Origin: Octopus sinensis
Taxonomy: Eukaryota
DNA length: 64,000 nucleotides
Assembly: GCF_006345805.1 (NCBI RefSeq)
Contig: NC_043000.1
Coordinates: 22,754,001 to 22,818,000, forward strand
Direction of reading: 5' to 3'
How positions within the stretch are numbered: position 1 is the stretch's first letter; each line of letters begins with the position of its first letter. Below, piece by piece: positions 50,741 through 63,620 of this stretch. Position numbers and translations under genes: made by a program. The notes beneath the pieces were generated by a model. That model saw nothing but the letters and a program-made list of their open reading frames with translations, did no database searches and had not been told where the DNA came from.

Positions 50741-50832
50741 AGAAGAAGAAGAAGAAGAAGAAGAAGAAGAAGAAGAAGAAGAAGAAGAAGAAGAAGAAGA
50801 AGAAGAAGAAGAAGAAGAGAAGAAGAAGAAGA

Positions 50833-51745
50833 TTCAATGATAAGGGAAAGGATCCGAAGAGTATGTTATCGCAGGGTAAGGGTAATACTCAAGACAGAGC
50901 TGAATGCAAGAAACAGGATCGAAGCGATCAATACTTTAGCCATACCAATCGTGACTTACAGTTTCAATATCGTTAACTGGTCAATTACTGAAATATGTAA
51001 TCTTGACAGAAAAATACGAAAACTGTTGACAATGCATAGAATGTACCACCCTAAGGCAGATATAGAACGACTTTACCTCGAGAAAAGAGGGTGGTCGTGG
51101 ACTTTTACAACTGGAAATAACAATGAAGATTGCCACAGTTGTCCTAAACACCTACCTGAAAAACTCTGATGACTGGATCTTAAAACTTCTCTTAAAGCAT
51201 GAAAACAAGAGAGCATCATACTCAGTAACAAAACCGGCAAAGGAATATCTAAGTGAATTCCAAATGGAACAAATCCCAGAATTAGATGTACTAGAAAAAA
51301 GCACTGAAAAAGCTAAGCGTATGAAAACCAGTGCTAAAACTGCTGCCTTAGAAATTCTTACTGGTAAATGACAAGAAAAACCTCTCAATGGCAAATACCT
51401 AAAGAGAGCTAATAATGCCGATGTTGACAAAGCCCTTACCCGTAAATGGTTACCTAGCTCAGATACCAGGAAGCCCCAAAATGGCAGAAAAGATAGTGCT
51501 CATGGAAACTACCCACATCCTACGTAAAATACTGTCTATGTAATCTCAAATTTTATAACAAACTTATAATTTTCTTGTTTTCTTAAACGTTTTCTAGAAC
51601 AATACTATGTGCAAAACCAAATTTATGACACCCTAGTCATAACACCAACTTGAACTTTTAACTTGTCTCTTGAAGTCTCTGAGTGAGACTTGGAGCTAAC
51701 TTGTACAAATACAAAGCAAAAGTCAAATATATGATAATAATAATC
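50833..51745 (+). mobile_element. R4/Dong-like fragment 2 (RT thumb, internal deletion, C-terminus, 3' UTR, TAA tail)
   Basis: RRVRVILKTELNARNRIEAINTLAIPIVTYSF...LDRKIRKLLTMHRMYHPKADIERLYL; EKPLNGKY...VDKALTRKWL; KIVLMETTHILRKILSM*; ends GATAATAATAAT. Confidence 0.88.
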
Positions 51746-52756
51746 TATGATTTCTAGCATAGCCATAAGGGCACACATTTAAGGGAAAGTGTATAGTTAT
51801 ATATTTTATATTGCTATTAGTGGATTATAACGTCGTTAATTACAGGTTTCCAACAGATCAGTTATTAGCTAACTGCATTTGGTCTCTGATCTAAAGAGAA
51901 ATAAATATTCCAAAGTATTTTTATCCGATCTGCTACTTACTCTATCGACTTTTCTTTGCTGAAATAATTACTCAAAGTTTTATAGCTAATGTTATTAGCT
52001 AGTATTAAATGTGAAATTTCTAGAACTCATTGTTGCCAGGTGGCTTGTATTTCAAACAAATTCTGAGGATGAGATGATCCGTTTATAGATAGCTAAAATT
52101 CAGTTGGATTGAGTTCATTTTGTTATTCTTGTGTACAAATATAACGCATAAACGAATATCTTCCCGCAAAACCAATGGAATTTGATAGAAGGCAACTATA
52201 TGAAAGCCTGTCAAATGTGTGTGTGTGTGCGTGTGTGTGTGTGTGCTTCTATATGTATGTAATTTCGCCGACGGATATCAACAACGGATGTAAATATCGA
52301 CAAGAAAAAACAATAAAAGCAACGAAAACCCTGTGTTTTTTCAAGCGAAGACCTTTATAGTGTTTGTTCTGCACTAAGTTACAAATAACCCCTTACAGTT
52401 TTACCGTCTGAAACGCCGTAACCCAATGACTGGCTGGAAGCCTGTAATCAACGAGTCATAATTCTCCAATAGCGATATAAAATATATAACTAAATACTTT
52501 TACTTAAATGGTTGTCGTTGTGTCTACGTTATAGGTCGCATACGTCTTTTATCTTTCACTTGTTTCGGTTATTAGACTCCGGCCATGCCTTAAATAATGT
52601 TAGTCAAACGAATTGACCTCAGTATCGGTCTCAATTACTGAACCAAGCGGTGGTGAGGGACAAACACAAAGACACACACACACACAGGCGTGCAAACACA
52701 CACATACACACGCGTGCATGTACACACACGCTCACGTGCGTGCACACACCCACACA

Positions 52757-52798
<42 letters not shown>

Positions 52799-53024
52799 AA
52801 CACAGGACAGGCTTTTTTTCAGTTCCCGTCCACCTGTTTTTTCAGTACCAAATCCACCTGTAATGGTTTGGCTGGCCCGAGTCTATAGCAGACGACTCCT
52901 GCCTAAAGTGCCACGCAGTGGAACTGAACCCGGAGTGATGTAGTCGGGAAGCAAACTTCTTACCACACAACCGCATCTGCACCTTTAACTATTAGTGTTC
53001 TTAATTCGTTTGTTATACACTAAG

Positions 53025-54310
53025 AATATAACATCGATAAAATGTAACTATAACATAACGTGATAATAATGATGGCGGTATTAGCAAATTCTTATAAAAT
53101 GCAACGAATGAAAAACGAAATTTCACAGGAGTAGAAACAAAATTAAACTTGCATCTCATATATCTTTCGCTTTGGCCTCCATTTTTTTTTTGTTTCAATC
53201 TTTATTAAATTTAGTTCCGTTTTGTGATTTATTTACTTGAAACATATTGTCGACATTGAAATTCTAGGTGTAACCTTACATCCTTTATAATTGGATTTTA
53301 TATCGAACAAACCGTATTGGCAATATTCCTTTATTTCCGTAAATAAATTCTTTATATTGATTTTTACATAGATTTTCATGAGTAAGTAATGATTTCTGTG
53401 ATTGGCACAAGGCCACAAATAGGTCAGAGAGTGACAGAGAGGACCGAATCGGTGTCAGTACATGTACTTGGTACTTGTTTATTGATCTTATAGGAATGAA
53501 AATCAAATTTGAACATAGTGAGATTGAAATTCAGAACGCAGCGGGACAGAACTGAATACTGTTAGCTACATCTAATCCGGCATCACGTGCGCCTGCTACG
53601 TCACTGTCGTTGACGAAATAATCCATTCTGATCTCTGAAAAAGGCGGCGAGCTGGCCGAATCGTTAGCACGCCGGGCGAAATGCGTAGCCGTATTTCGTC
53701 TGCCGTTACGCTCTGAGTTCAAATTCCGCCGAGGTCGACTTTGCCTTTCATACTCTCGGGGTCGATAAATAAAGTACCAGTTTCGCACTGGGTCGATGTA
53801 ATTGACTTATTCCCTTTGTCTGCCCTTGTTTGTCCCCTCTATGTTTAGCCCCTTGTGGGTAGTAAAGAAATACATTCTGATCTCTGATACCCAGTCACAC
53901 ATTTATGAGATGGGGGTGGATATTTAGAGATAGCTATCCCCTTAACGGATGACGCATGAGGCAGACAAAGCACTCTAGCAGGACCGGTCAGCATCCATCC
54001 TCAGGGCATCGTTCCAATGGTAGGTTTATCAGCTGAAGGTGCCTATCAATCAAATGATGCCAATTCATATTGGAACTTTCTCTGCATCATTGCCATTGAA
54101 AGTTCAACTTGAGTCTGCTTATCAGGAGTCTTACGACATTCTCAGCAGCTTCTGATGGTGCTTTCAGATCGTGGTGGATACTGCGTGTTGGCTGCTCTTC
54201 TGACCTCGTAAACGCTGATTAAATCATTTCATTTGGCGCCTTGTATTTTCCGGGGGGTAATTGCTGTCAAAAGTATCCAGTTTCTTTTCTTGCCAGGTTT
54301 TCCGATGCCA
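53025..54310 (-). repeat. Right arm of the inverted duplication
   Basis: The ORF track shows the identical 61-aa spurious peptide at 49351-49536 (+) and 53233-53418 (-). Confidence 0.92.
53639..53872 (+). mobile_element. SINE family B with 15-bp TSD, present in the right arm only
   Basis: CATTCTGATCTCTGA at 53624-53638 and 53873-53887; the left arm has the empty site near 49130-49145. Confidence 0.95.
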
Positions 54311-54782
54311 CCCAAATCTCCACGAGGCTCCGGCAGGAGATGATGGCGAACCCTGCAGTATTCTTTCTCTCATTCTTTCTTCCTGTTTCTGTTGTACATG
54401 TATTTCAAAGGACCAGTCTTGTCACGCTGAGTCTCCGCGAGAACTATGTTAAGGGTATACGTGTCTGCTCGTTAATTTCACGAGCAGGTTGTTCCGTTGA
54501 TCGGACCAATTGGAACCCTCGTCGTCGTAGCCGTCGGAGTGTCACGATATTCAGTAAATATCGGCGAGCTGGCAGAAACGTTAGCACGCCGGGCGAAATG
54601 CTTAGCGGTATTTCGTCTGCGTTACGTTGTGAGTTCAAATTCCGCCGAGGTCGACTTTGCCTTTCATCCTTTCGGGGTCGATAAATTAAGTACCAGTTAC
54701 GCACTGGGGTCGATGTAATCGACTTAATACCTATGTCTGTCCTTGTTTGTCTCCTCTGTGTTTAGCCCCTTGTGGGTATTAA
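54311..54782 (+). mobile_element. 5'-truncated SINE-C followed by full SINE-B
   Basis: CTCCACGAGGCTCCGGCAGG...CCCTCGTCGTCGTAGCCGTCGGAGTG, then GGCGAGCTGGCAGAAACGTTAGC (54562). Confidence 0.88.
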
Positions 54783-55845
54783 AAAAAAAATGGATATTCA
54801 GTAAATTATTTCGTTTCTTTTCAACTTAAAACCCAAGTGACATATTTCTGGCTGTTTTGTAAGGAAAGACATCTTTCCCCAAATCTATAGAAAAGGAAAT
54901 TTCCGCTGCAACCACCACAGACCATAATATTAAATTAAAAGCAACCCGTGAGTAATTAGTGTCAGTGTTAAGTGTGAATGTTAATGAATTATGTGACAAA
55001 TTTGAAACAAAAATATTTTGAGAGAAAGTGTTTGAATTTGTCTTATACGCGGACGGTTTGCACGGTAGATTTATGAAAGTCAAATTATTGCCAACATTTA
55101 ATACGGAGATCAATGTAAAGTTAAATTGAAATTTCTAAGCAGTTTAACGCGCGTTCCCTATAGTAAATGTAACACTAACTTAACTATTGCTTTTTTTTAT
55201 GTAGATGGCGACTCTGTGGTCCCCAAATCACCTATTGTCTTAAGAAAAGGGAATGATATATTATAGCCAAAACAAAAATGGGAACTTGAACCCAGAACGT
55301 AGCGGCAGACGAAATACCGCTAGGCAGTTCGCCCGGCGTGCTAATGTTTCTGCCATCTCGCCGCCTTAAGAACATACATTCATATATCACCCGCGTGTGC
55401 ACGTGAGAACGTGTATATTAGAACTGAAGCATCTGATAAATGCAGTTATCAACGGTATCTTCGTCTTGTCTTCATCAAGATAATCAGGACACCGTACCAT
55501 CATACCCACGCCCTTTCCCGGTTCTTTCCATGTTGTTTAATGAGCTGCTAAATTTGGCTCTACAAAGGGAGCATTCATTTTTATTGTGGATGAAATAGTT
55601 GTCGGTAAATGCAATACAAATGAAAGAATTGTGCCGTTGTCGGGAGTGTGTAAACAAAGAGGAGAAATCAATTTCGTTCAGACATGAAAATGAGTGTAGA
55701 ACTATGTTAGAAAGAGTTTCAATAGGTAAATCAAAGATATCGATCATCAATATATATATAGCTATCATTAGTTTTCTTTTAGTGTAAATCATACTCCTGG
55801 TACAGTTCTTCCAATTTGAAGTTGTAATTGTGGCTGTTACTGTTA

Positions 55846-55928
<83 letters not shown>

Positions 55929-56483
55929 GAGTGAGAGAGCAGTTCATGCCATCAAAGTGACACTGGGGTAAAATATACGAAGCCCAATATACCCATCATG
56001 ACTACCCGTCTGATAAGGGTACACCAGGCACATGCATCACAACCATATGTGCGCGACATGGTGATCTCATATCAAGATAAACAGCACACGACCTTGCAGG
56101 TGGGGCCCAGTTAGAATTTTCTTCAGGTTGAGTAGCCCATCCCGCTCAAAAGGTCCCTGAATAAGGGTTGTTTAAGGATGTTGAAAGAACCACCCATGTT
56201 TCCAGAGGTGAATTATTCAAACCCCAAAGAATCCCTCTCAACACATGGCTATGATGCTCCCCCAGTACTTCTGCTCGTGATCAGAGATGCACATATCGGT
56301 CAGCCACCAAGGGACATGCTCAACTAGTTAAGGTCAAGCAACTGACAAGCAAATCTGTGGTATTGAGCAGAATATTTGCTGTAGCCCATCTTTTATACCA
56401 AGACAAAACAATGTACATGATAACACCTCCAATCAGTTAAGATCAGAAGCCATGAGAGCCACTGCCTGGTACTGCATCAGGGC

Positions 56484-56485
<2 letters not shown>
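55929..56485. mobile_element. 557-bp non-coding element embedded in (TTA)n on both sides
   Basis: High-complexity island of higher GC than its flanks, with sharp ends: (TTA)n|GAGTGAGAGAGCAG ... CTGCATCAGGGCAT|(TTA)n. No convincing ORF or TIR. Confidence 0.6.
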
Positions 56486-56520
<35 letters not shown>

Positions 56521-56654
56521 GTTATTATGGTTCTGTGGTAAGAAGTTTGCTAGGCGCGGGCGTGGCTGTGTGGTAAGATGTTTGCTTCCCAACCACATGG
56601 CCCATCTTTTAAACCAACACAAAACACGATAACATTTCCAAACAGTTAAGATCA

Positions 56655-57234
56655 AAAACCGGCGGTGAGATATCAGAGTCGTTAGCGTGCCGGACAAAAC
56701 GGCATTTCTTCTAGCTTTACGCTTGGTCGACCTAGTTTTTTTTTAACCTTTCGATAAAATAAGTACCAGTCGAGTACTGGGCTCGATGTAATCGACTAAT
56801 TCCTTCCCCCAAAATATTTGGCTTTCTCCTTATATTCTTTTGTACTTTTTCTTCTTTTACTTGTTTCAGTTATTTGACTGCTGTCATGCTGGGGCACCGC
56901 TTATTATTTCCTTATTGCCCAGAAGGGTAATACACAGAGGGGACAAACAAGGACAGATAAAGGGATTAAGTCTATTACAGCGACCCCAATGCGTAACTGG
57001 TACTTAATTTATCGACCCCGAAAGGATGAAAGGCAAAGTCGACCTCGGCGGAATTTGAACTCGAAACGTAACGACAGACGAAATACCGGTAAGTATTTCT
57101 CCCGGCGTGCTCACGATTCTGCCAGCTCGCCGCTTTTTAGTCGAACAAATCAACCCCAGGACTTATTTTTTTGTAAGCCTAGTACTTATTCTACCGGTGT
57201 CTTTTGCCGAAGACAGACACTGGTACACAAACAT

Positions 57235-57304
<70 letters not shown>

Positions 57305-58300
57305 TGGGCTTCTTTCAATTTCCGTCAAATCCACTCATAAGGCTTTGGTCAGCCCGAGGCTATAGTAGAAGACGCTTGCCAAAGTTGCTACGCAGTAGGA
57401 CTGAATCCGGAACCATGTGGTTGGTAGGCAAGCTACTTACCACACAGCCACTCCTGCGCTTTATAGTAGAAAGGATTATAATTATTATTAAGGCAGCAAG
57501 CTGGCAGAACCTTTAGCACATCGGACAAAATGCGTTGCGCCATTTCTTGCGACTTTTACGTTCTAAGTTCAAATTCTGCCAGGCAGACTTTATCTTTCAT
57601 ACTTTTAGGGGTCGATATAATAAGTACTGAAAGTCAACACAATCGATTACCTCACCCCTCAAAATTGTTGACCTTGTGCTTAACCTAAGAAATAACCGAT
57701 TTCAAATATTGACCCAAAAGCGAACAATTTTAGGGAAGAGGCAAGTTGATTAGATCGGCACCAGCACGCAACTGGTATTTAATTTATCGACCTCGAAAGG
57801 ATGAAAGGCAAAGTCGACCTCGGCGGAATTTGCACCCAGAACGTAGCGGCAGACGAAATACCTATTTCTTTACTGCCCACAAGGGGCTACACACAGAGGA
57901 GACAAACAAGGACAGACAAACAGATTAAGTCGATTATATCGATCCCAGTGCATAACTGGTACTTATTTAATCGACCCCGAAAAGATGAAAGGCAAAGTCG
58001 ACCTCGGCGGAATTTGAACTCAGAACGTAACGGCAGACGAAATACGGCTACGCATTTCGCCCGGCGTGCTAAAGTTTCTGCCAGCTCGGCGCCTTCAACA
58101 AAAGAAAGAAATATTATCATAATAGCGGCGAGTAGAATACCTTGTGATATTTTGTTACATCTCCTTACGTTCAATTCATACCCAAGTCGATTTTGACTTT
58201 CATCTTTTGGATACTATATACTAAGTACCAATCGTGTACTGTTGTTGATCAAATCGACTATCCCCGCCTCCCAGCCCTGCTACAGCTGAGACCTTGTTCA
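56655..58300. mobile_element. Dense cluster of SINE-A and SINE-B copies in both orientations, including a minus-strand B dimer (57735-58095)
   Basis: Family motifs as above. Confidence 0.85.
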
Positions 58301-58398
58301 TATGCTAGAAGCCATAATTGTTGCTAATAATCTATAATGTTTATCGCGAACGTAAGCTACTTAATCGAAGCCATTGTTTAACATTATTTAACTCTAGG

Positions 58399-58441
<43 letters not shown>

Positions 58442-59439
58442 ATATATATATAGTTATGTAGCCGTAGGAAAATATATTTTACATTGTGCAAGCATTAACC
58501 GTTAGAAAACTCAATGCGTTGGATGTGTGTGTGTGTGTGTGTGTGGAATTTTCATCTCTAATATTTTTCTCTAGCATTTTCTATTCTACTTTCTATCTAG
58601 TTTCATTGCTTACAATTCCCATGTTCGGTGTAGTTATTTTTCGACCTTTGTACTTACAAATTTTTTGTTAACGCTAATTGTTTGTTGGCCAGCACTCATC
58701 AGCGGACAAGGCCCAAATCTATTATATAAAATCCGTTCTGTGTGTGTGTGTGTGTGTGTGTGTGTCTTCTAAGATCTCGGGCATCCTCCATCCGATTGCG
58801 CTCAAATTTGATATGTAGATACCGACGGTATTAGAGCGAGTATAAGTCTTGAAAAAATTACAAAAATCGATTCCAGGTCAGAATGCGACCGATAAAACCG
58901 TTTTTGTTCTGCTTTTCTTCCGTCAACCTGTACATAACTGCACCTTCCATTTTTTGTTGTTTTTGTACTACTTAAAGGCACGTTTCTTTCCTGCCAATGT
59001 AAACCATGTTTGTATTCTCCCAGTCACCAGCCTTATCATTACTGGTACTTTAAACTCTTCGGCTGCATATTTTTGTGAATAAAATCATTTTTCTTTGGAA
59101 TAGAAAAAAAGTCTATCTTTATTTCTTCTTTTGCTGGTGCCTCAAATTTAGGTTAAATCAGTGTTTCTCAAAGGGGAGGCCTATGGGGCGGTCGGACAAG
59201 TTGTTTTGAGAAAATTTGGTTTAAATGTTTGACAACTCAGCACCGTCCATTGGACGGGGTGCGTTTTGCTCGTATCATATATTGTATTAAAATATCAAAT
59301 CCGTTGCTATCTTCGTATTTGTTTTTGTATGTCTTAAAGAATCGTACCATTTTTAATTCTCTGCAGTTGTTACTTGGTTCATTCCTCTGAAGCCTGTATT
59401 TTCTTAAATGGAAGGTTGATATCTCATCTATTTTTAAAA

Positions 59440-59647
59440 ATCTTTTACTTGTTCCAGTCATTAGACTGCGGCCATACTGGGGCACCGCATTGAAGAACTT
59501 TTGTCGAACGAATTGACCCGAGCACTTACTATTTTTAAGCCTGGTACTCATTTGTATAGTCCCCTTTGCCGAATCGTTAAGTTACAGGGACGTAAACACG
59601 TCGACAGTAGTTGCCAAGCAGTGGCGGGGGACAAAAACAGACCCAAA

Positions 59648-59717
<70 letters not shown>

Positions 59718-59880
59718 CACGACGGGACTTTTAGTTTCCATTTACCAAATACAATTCCAAGGCTTTGACCAGCCCGTAGCTATAATAGAAGACACTTGCC
59801 CAATGTGCTAAGCAGTGAGATTGAACTCGGAACCATGGAGTTGAGCAGCAAGCTTCTTACTACTCCGCCACGCCTGTCAC
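59440..59880 (-). mobile_element. SINE family A (diverged)
   Basis: Family tail, (CA)n interior and head. Confidence 0.85.
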
Positions 59881-59893
59881 AAGCTTTGATGTA

Positions 59894-60522
59894 CAGTAAT
59901 CCCTCGCCATATCGCCGTTCACTTATCACGCATTCCGGTTCACCTATCGCGCCCTCCGGTTCACCTACCGCGCATTCCGGTTCACCTATCACGCACTCCC
60001 GTTCACCTATCACGCACTCCGGTTCACTTATCGCGCACTCCGATTCACTTATCGCGTCCTCCGATTCACCTACTGCGCACTCCGGTTCACCTATCGCGCC
60101 CTCTGGTTCACTAATCACGCACTCGTTCACCTATCGTGTACTCCGGTTCACCTACCGCTCACTCCGGTTCACCTATCACGCACTCCCGTTCACCTATCAT
60201 GCACTCCGTTTCACTTATCGCGCACTCCGATTCACCTATCGCGCCCCTCGGTTCACCTACTGCGCACTCCGGTTCACCTATCACGCACTCCGGTTCTCCT
60301 ATCGCGCACTCCGGTTCACCTATCGCGCACTCACATTCGCCTATCGTGGACTCCGGTTCATCTATCGCGGATTTTTCTGGGTAACATATGTAAATCTCTA
60401 TCAAGGTTTCCTTTGCATATCGCAGATTTCTGCGACCGATAGGTATTTATATCTTTTTAGATTTTAATTATTTCTGTGGGAGGTTTTTGAACGTAACATC
60501 CGCGGTAATCGAAGGATTACTG
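59894..60522 (+). mobile_element. pogo/Tigger-like MITE with TA TSD and internal 21-bp minisatellite
   Basis: TA|CAGTAATCCCTCGCCATATCGC ... GCGGTAATCGAAGGATTACTG|TA. About 21 copies of CCGGTTCACCTATCGCGCACT at ~59915-60370. Confidence 0.85.
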
Positions 60523-60689
60523 TATTCTAAATTGGTCGATGTGGAAATTTCCACAAGGACAAGCGTGATGGTCTGATCAAACTGTTCACATAAGCGGTAT
60601 TCGGGTTTGATATCTTACGTCAGTATGTATTTTTAGCGGTGGTGCCTACATTGGAAGACGTTTTCATTTTCCCACTTTAGTTACGACTC

Positions 60690-61118
60690 TCATAGTCAAA
60701 TTTGTCTTATGAAGAAAGGCTGAGGACGCTCGACCTTTATTCTCTTGAAAAACGCCGCCGCCGTGGTGATCTCATTCTCGCCCACAACATCATAAGCGGA
60801 AAGTGTAACCTCTCGAAAGAGCTGTTCTTCACTCCTGCTCCAGAGCGTCGGCTGCGGGGTCATTCCGAAAAGCTCTACCTGCGACGATTTCATCCAATCG
60901 AAGGAGAGGAGCTTTCTCCGTCCGGGTTGCGGATCCGTGGAACAAGCTGCCAGACGAGATGGTGAAGATGCCGACGACCGCTTTGTTCAAAGCCTCCCTT
61001 GACCTCAAGTGGCCTGAACTCTTTACATGAACACCACCCTGTACTTAACTCCATGTCCCCCTACATGGCCTTGCTATTTGCTTTTGAGCCAAATTAACTA
61101 ACTAACTAACTAACTAAC
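60690..61118 (+). mobile_element. CR1-clade LINE 3' end
   Basis: SYEERLRTLDLYSLEKRRRRGDLI...RLRGHSEKL...FSVRVADPWNKLP (one frameshift), with (CTAA)n tail at ~61095-61118. Confidence 0.9.
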
Positions 61119-61299
61119 ATATATACAGCAGCTTTGTTGATTGATACAACAGAAATTAATTTGTTGCTTATTCAGTAACTTAACTGTCTGTAGTTTATAG
61201 CACTTACCAATTTTTGTGTTATACTTACCTATTTTTGTTTTAAAAAAGAAGTGTTTTTCTTTATTCTCTCCCTTTCTATTATAGACACGAAATCTGAAA

Positions 61300-61823
61300 T
61301 TTTTGGGGCGGGGTCTAGTCGGTTACATCGACCCCAGTGCGTAACTGGTACTTAATTTATCGACCCGGAAAGGATGAAAAGCAAAGTTGACCTCGGTGGA
61401 ATTTGAACTCAGAACGTAACGGCAGACGAAATGCCGCAAAGTATTACGCCCGGCGTGCTATCGCTTCTGCCAGCTCGCCGCCTTTTGCTTTTTTTCTTTT
61501 ACTATACTAATAAAAGAGAAAGCTTCTTTGCAGTAATGTGGTAGACTGGCAGAATCGTTGACACGCCGGAGGAAATGCTTAGTAGCATTTCGTCCGTTCT
61601 TACATTTTAAGTTAAAATTTCGGTGTTCCCATGGCCATGTGGTTAGGAGCTCGTTTTGAAATCGCATGGTTTCGGGTTCACTCCCAATGCACAGCACCAT
61701 TGGTAACTTCTACTGTGTCTCCGGGCCAACCAATGTTTTGTAAGATGGAAACTGCGTTGAAGTCCATCGGATATATATACATGTGTGTGTGTGTGGTGTG
61801 TGTGTGTGTGGTGTGTGTGTGTG

Positions 61824-61854
<31 letters not shown>

Positions 61855-62470
61855 ATTTGTGTGTGTATGTTTGTTCTTCACCACGGCTTGATAACTAGTT
61901 CTAGTTTCTTAACGTCCTGTAACTTAGAGGTTCGGCAAAACAGGATGTTAAAGGACTTTGAAAAACAAGTACTAGGGTTGGTTTATTCGTTAAACCCTTC
62001 AAGGCGGTGCCCCAGTATGACCGCAGTCCAATGACTGCAACAAGTGAAAGATAATAAGATATCTGTACTTCCTGGAATGTGTATACTCTTTACTCTCTGT
62101 TACTCTTTTGCTTGTTTCAGTCACTTGACTGCGGCCATACTGGAGCCTTGCCTTTTAGTCGAAGAAATCGACCCCAGGGTTTATTCTTTGTAAGCCTAGT
62201 ACTTATCCTATCGGTATCTTTTACTGAACCACTAAGTTTCGGGGACATAAACACACCACCATCGGTTGTCAGGCGATGTTGGGGGGACAAACACACACAT
62301 ATACATATACACGATGGGCTTCTTTCAGTTTCCGCCTACCAAATCCACTCACAAGGCTTTGGTCGGCCCGAGGCTATAATAGAAGGCACTTGCTCAAGGT
62401 GCCACGTAGTGGGACTGAACTCGGAACCATGTTGTTGGTAAGCAAACTACTTACTACACAGCCACTCGTG
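61300..62470. mobile_element. SINE-B (-, 61300-61483), SINE-A (+, ~61630-62050) and SINE-A (-, ~62095-62470)
   Basis: Family motifs as above. Confidence 0.85.
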
Positions 62471-63357
62471 TGTTTAATGATAACGTGGTCGCGTGTATTG
62501 AAGACACACGTGATTAGGGTAATTCTCCCTGCTAAATAGTTTTGCGAGTTTTCCACTTTAAATGCAGCATCTTAGTTTTGTCATGTTTTACAACAGTAAC
62601 AGGTCGTCTATCTCTCCTTGGTGATAAACATCTAGTTCAACAATGAAGGCTCTATAAAACATTTCTAGTTACGCGATAACTTCTCCGCCATTTCCTCTAG
62701 CGATATAACACAGCGTGTTTCAGGTTTTGGCTGATGTATCTTGAATTTTGTCATCAGTGTTCTTGTTTGTGAGCCTAACCTTTGGATCTTTCGAAACTTT
62801 CAGTTTATTACACTGAAGCAATATCTTACAGCTGCAAGGATTATACCATGTTTATTGTTTCCCTCTTATGTGTGGAGTTAAGATTCATTATGGATAATCT
62901 TACAATGTGTTAAATCCGTCACTATGGAATGTTTGTATTTGTTTAGCTTCATTGATTTCAAGACTTTTATAACACTTCTTTTGTTCGTAATTCTTAGTTG
63001 ATTTTGTCAGAGTTCAGTGACTTGGTTAGGTTGCCTCCATTAAAGATGTCCTCGGGGAATTTGTCATTAATGTCAGAACTCAAATGATTTAACAGTTTGG
63101 ATGGTATTTTTCATTTGTGTCTCTGAACTAGCATGCAGTCAACTGTTAGCTGTTATTCATACGGAGCAAAGGAAAAGTGTTGATCCTCTCCAACTTTTAT
63201 CAACTTCTGGTTTAATTTATGGCAAACGATGAGACAAATATCAGGTAGAACTGAAGAGATGGCGGGGACAATCCTCTTAATATGTTAAATTTTATGTAAA
63301 TCGTGTCTATTTGTGAAATAAATTATTGATTTTTGTGAACTAAAGTGGGAGCTATTA

Positions 63358-63620
63358 TCTATATATATAAAACAAAGGATGGCTGTGTGTGTATGTGTGT
63401 GCGTGCGTGTGTATGTGTGTGTAGTGCGTATGCATTTCTACAGTTTTCAACCGATTTTCACCAAACGTTACACACACACATTACTTATGTGCCGAGGATG
63501 GTCATGCACTATAGCATTTTGCCCAGAGCTCCCGCGTAAAGCGAGAAACCGGGAAAAACGGTGTTTTACACGACGGGTCTTTCTCCAAAAACCTCTGTAG
63601 TTTTCAACCAACTCTCACTA
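63358..63620 (+). mobile_element. Probable 5' end of a non-autonomous Helitron-like element; similar start at ~58718
   Basis: A|TCTATATATATAAAAC...(GT)n...TTTTCAACCGATTTTCACCAAAC resembles the 5' ends of the Helitrons above. No 3' CTAG end identified. Confidence 0.4.

Noticed and set aside
59780-60467. SGSPIAH / IGEPECA repeat ORFs
   Set aside because: Open frames of the 21-bp minisatellite inside a TA-flanked MITE.
62540-63330. Faint resemblance to a decayed CR1/L2 RT on the minus strand
   Set aside because: Too many stops and frameshifts to identify any diagnostic motif.
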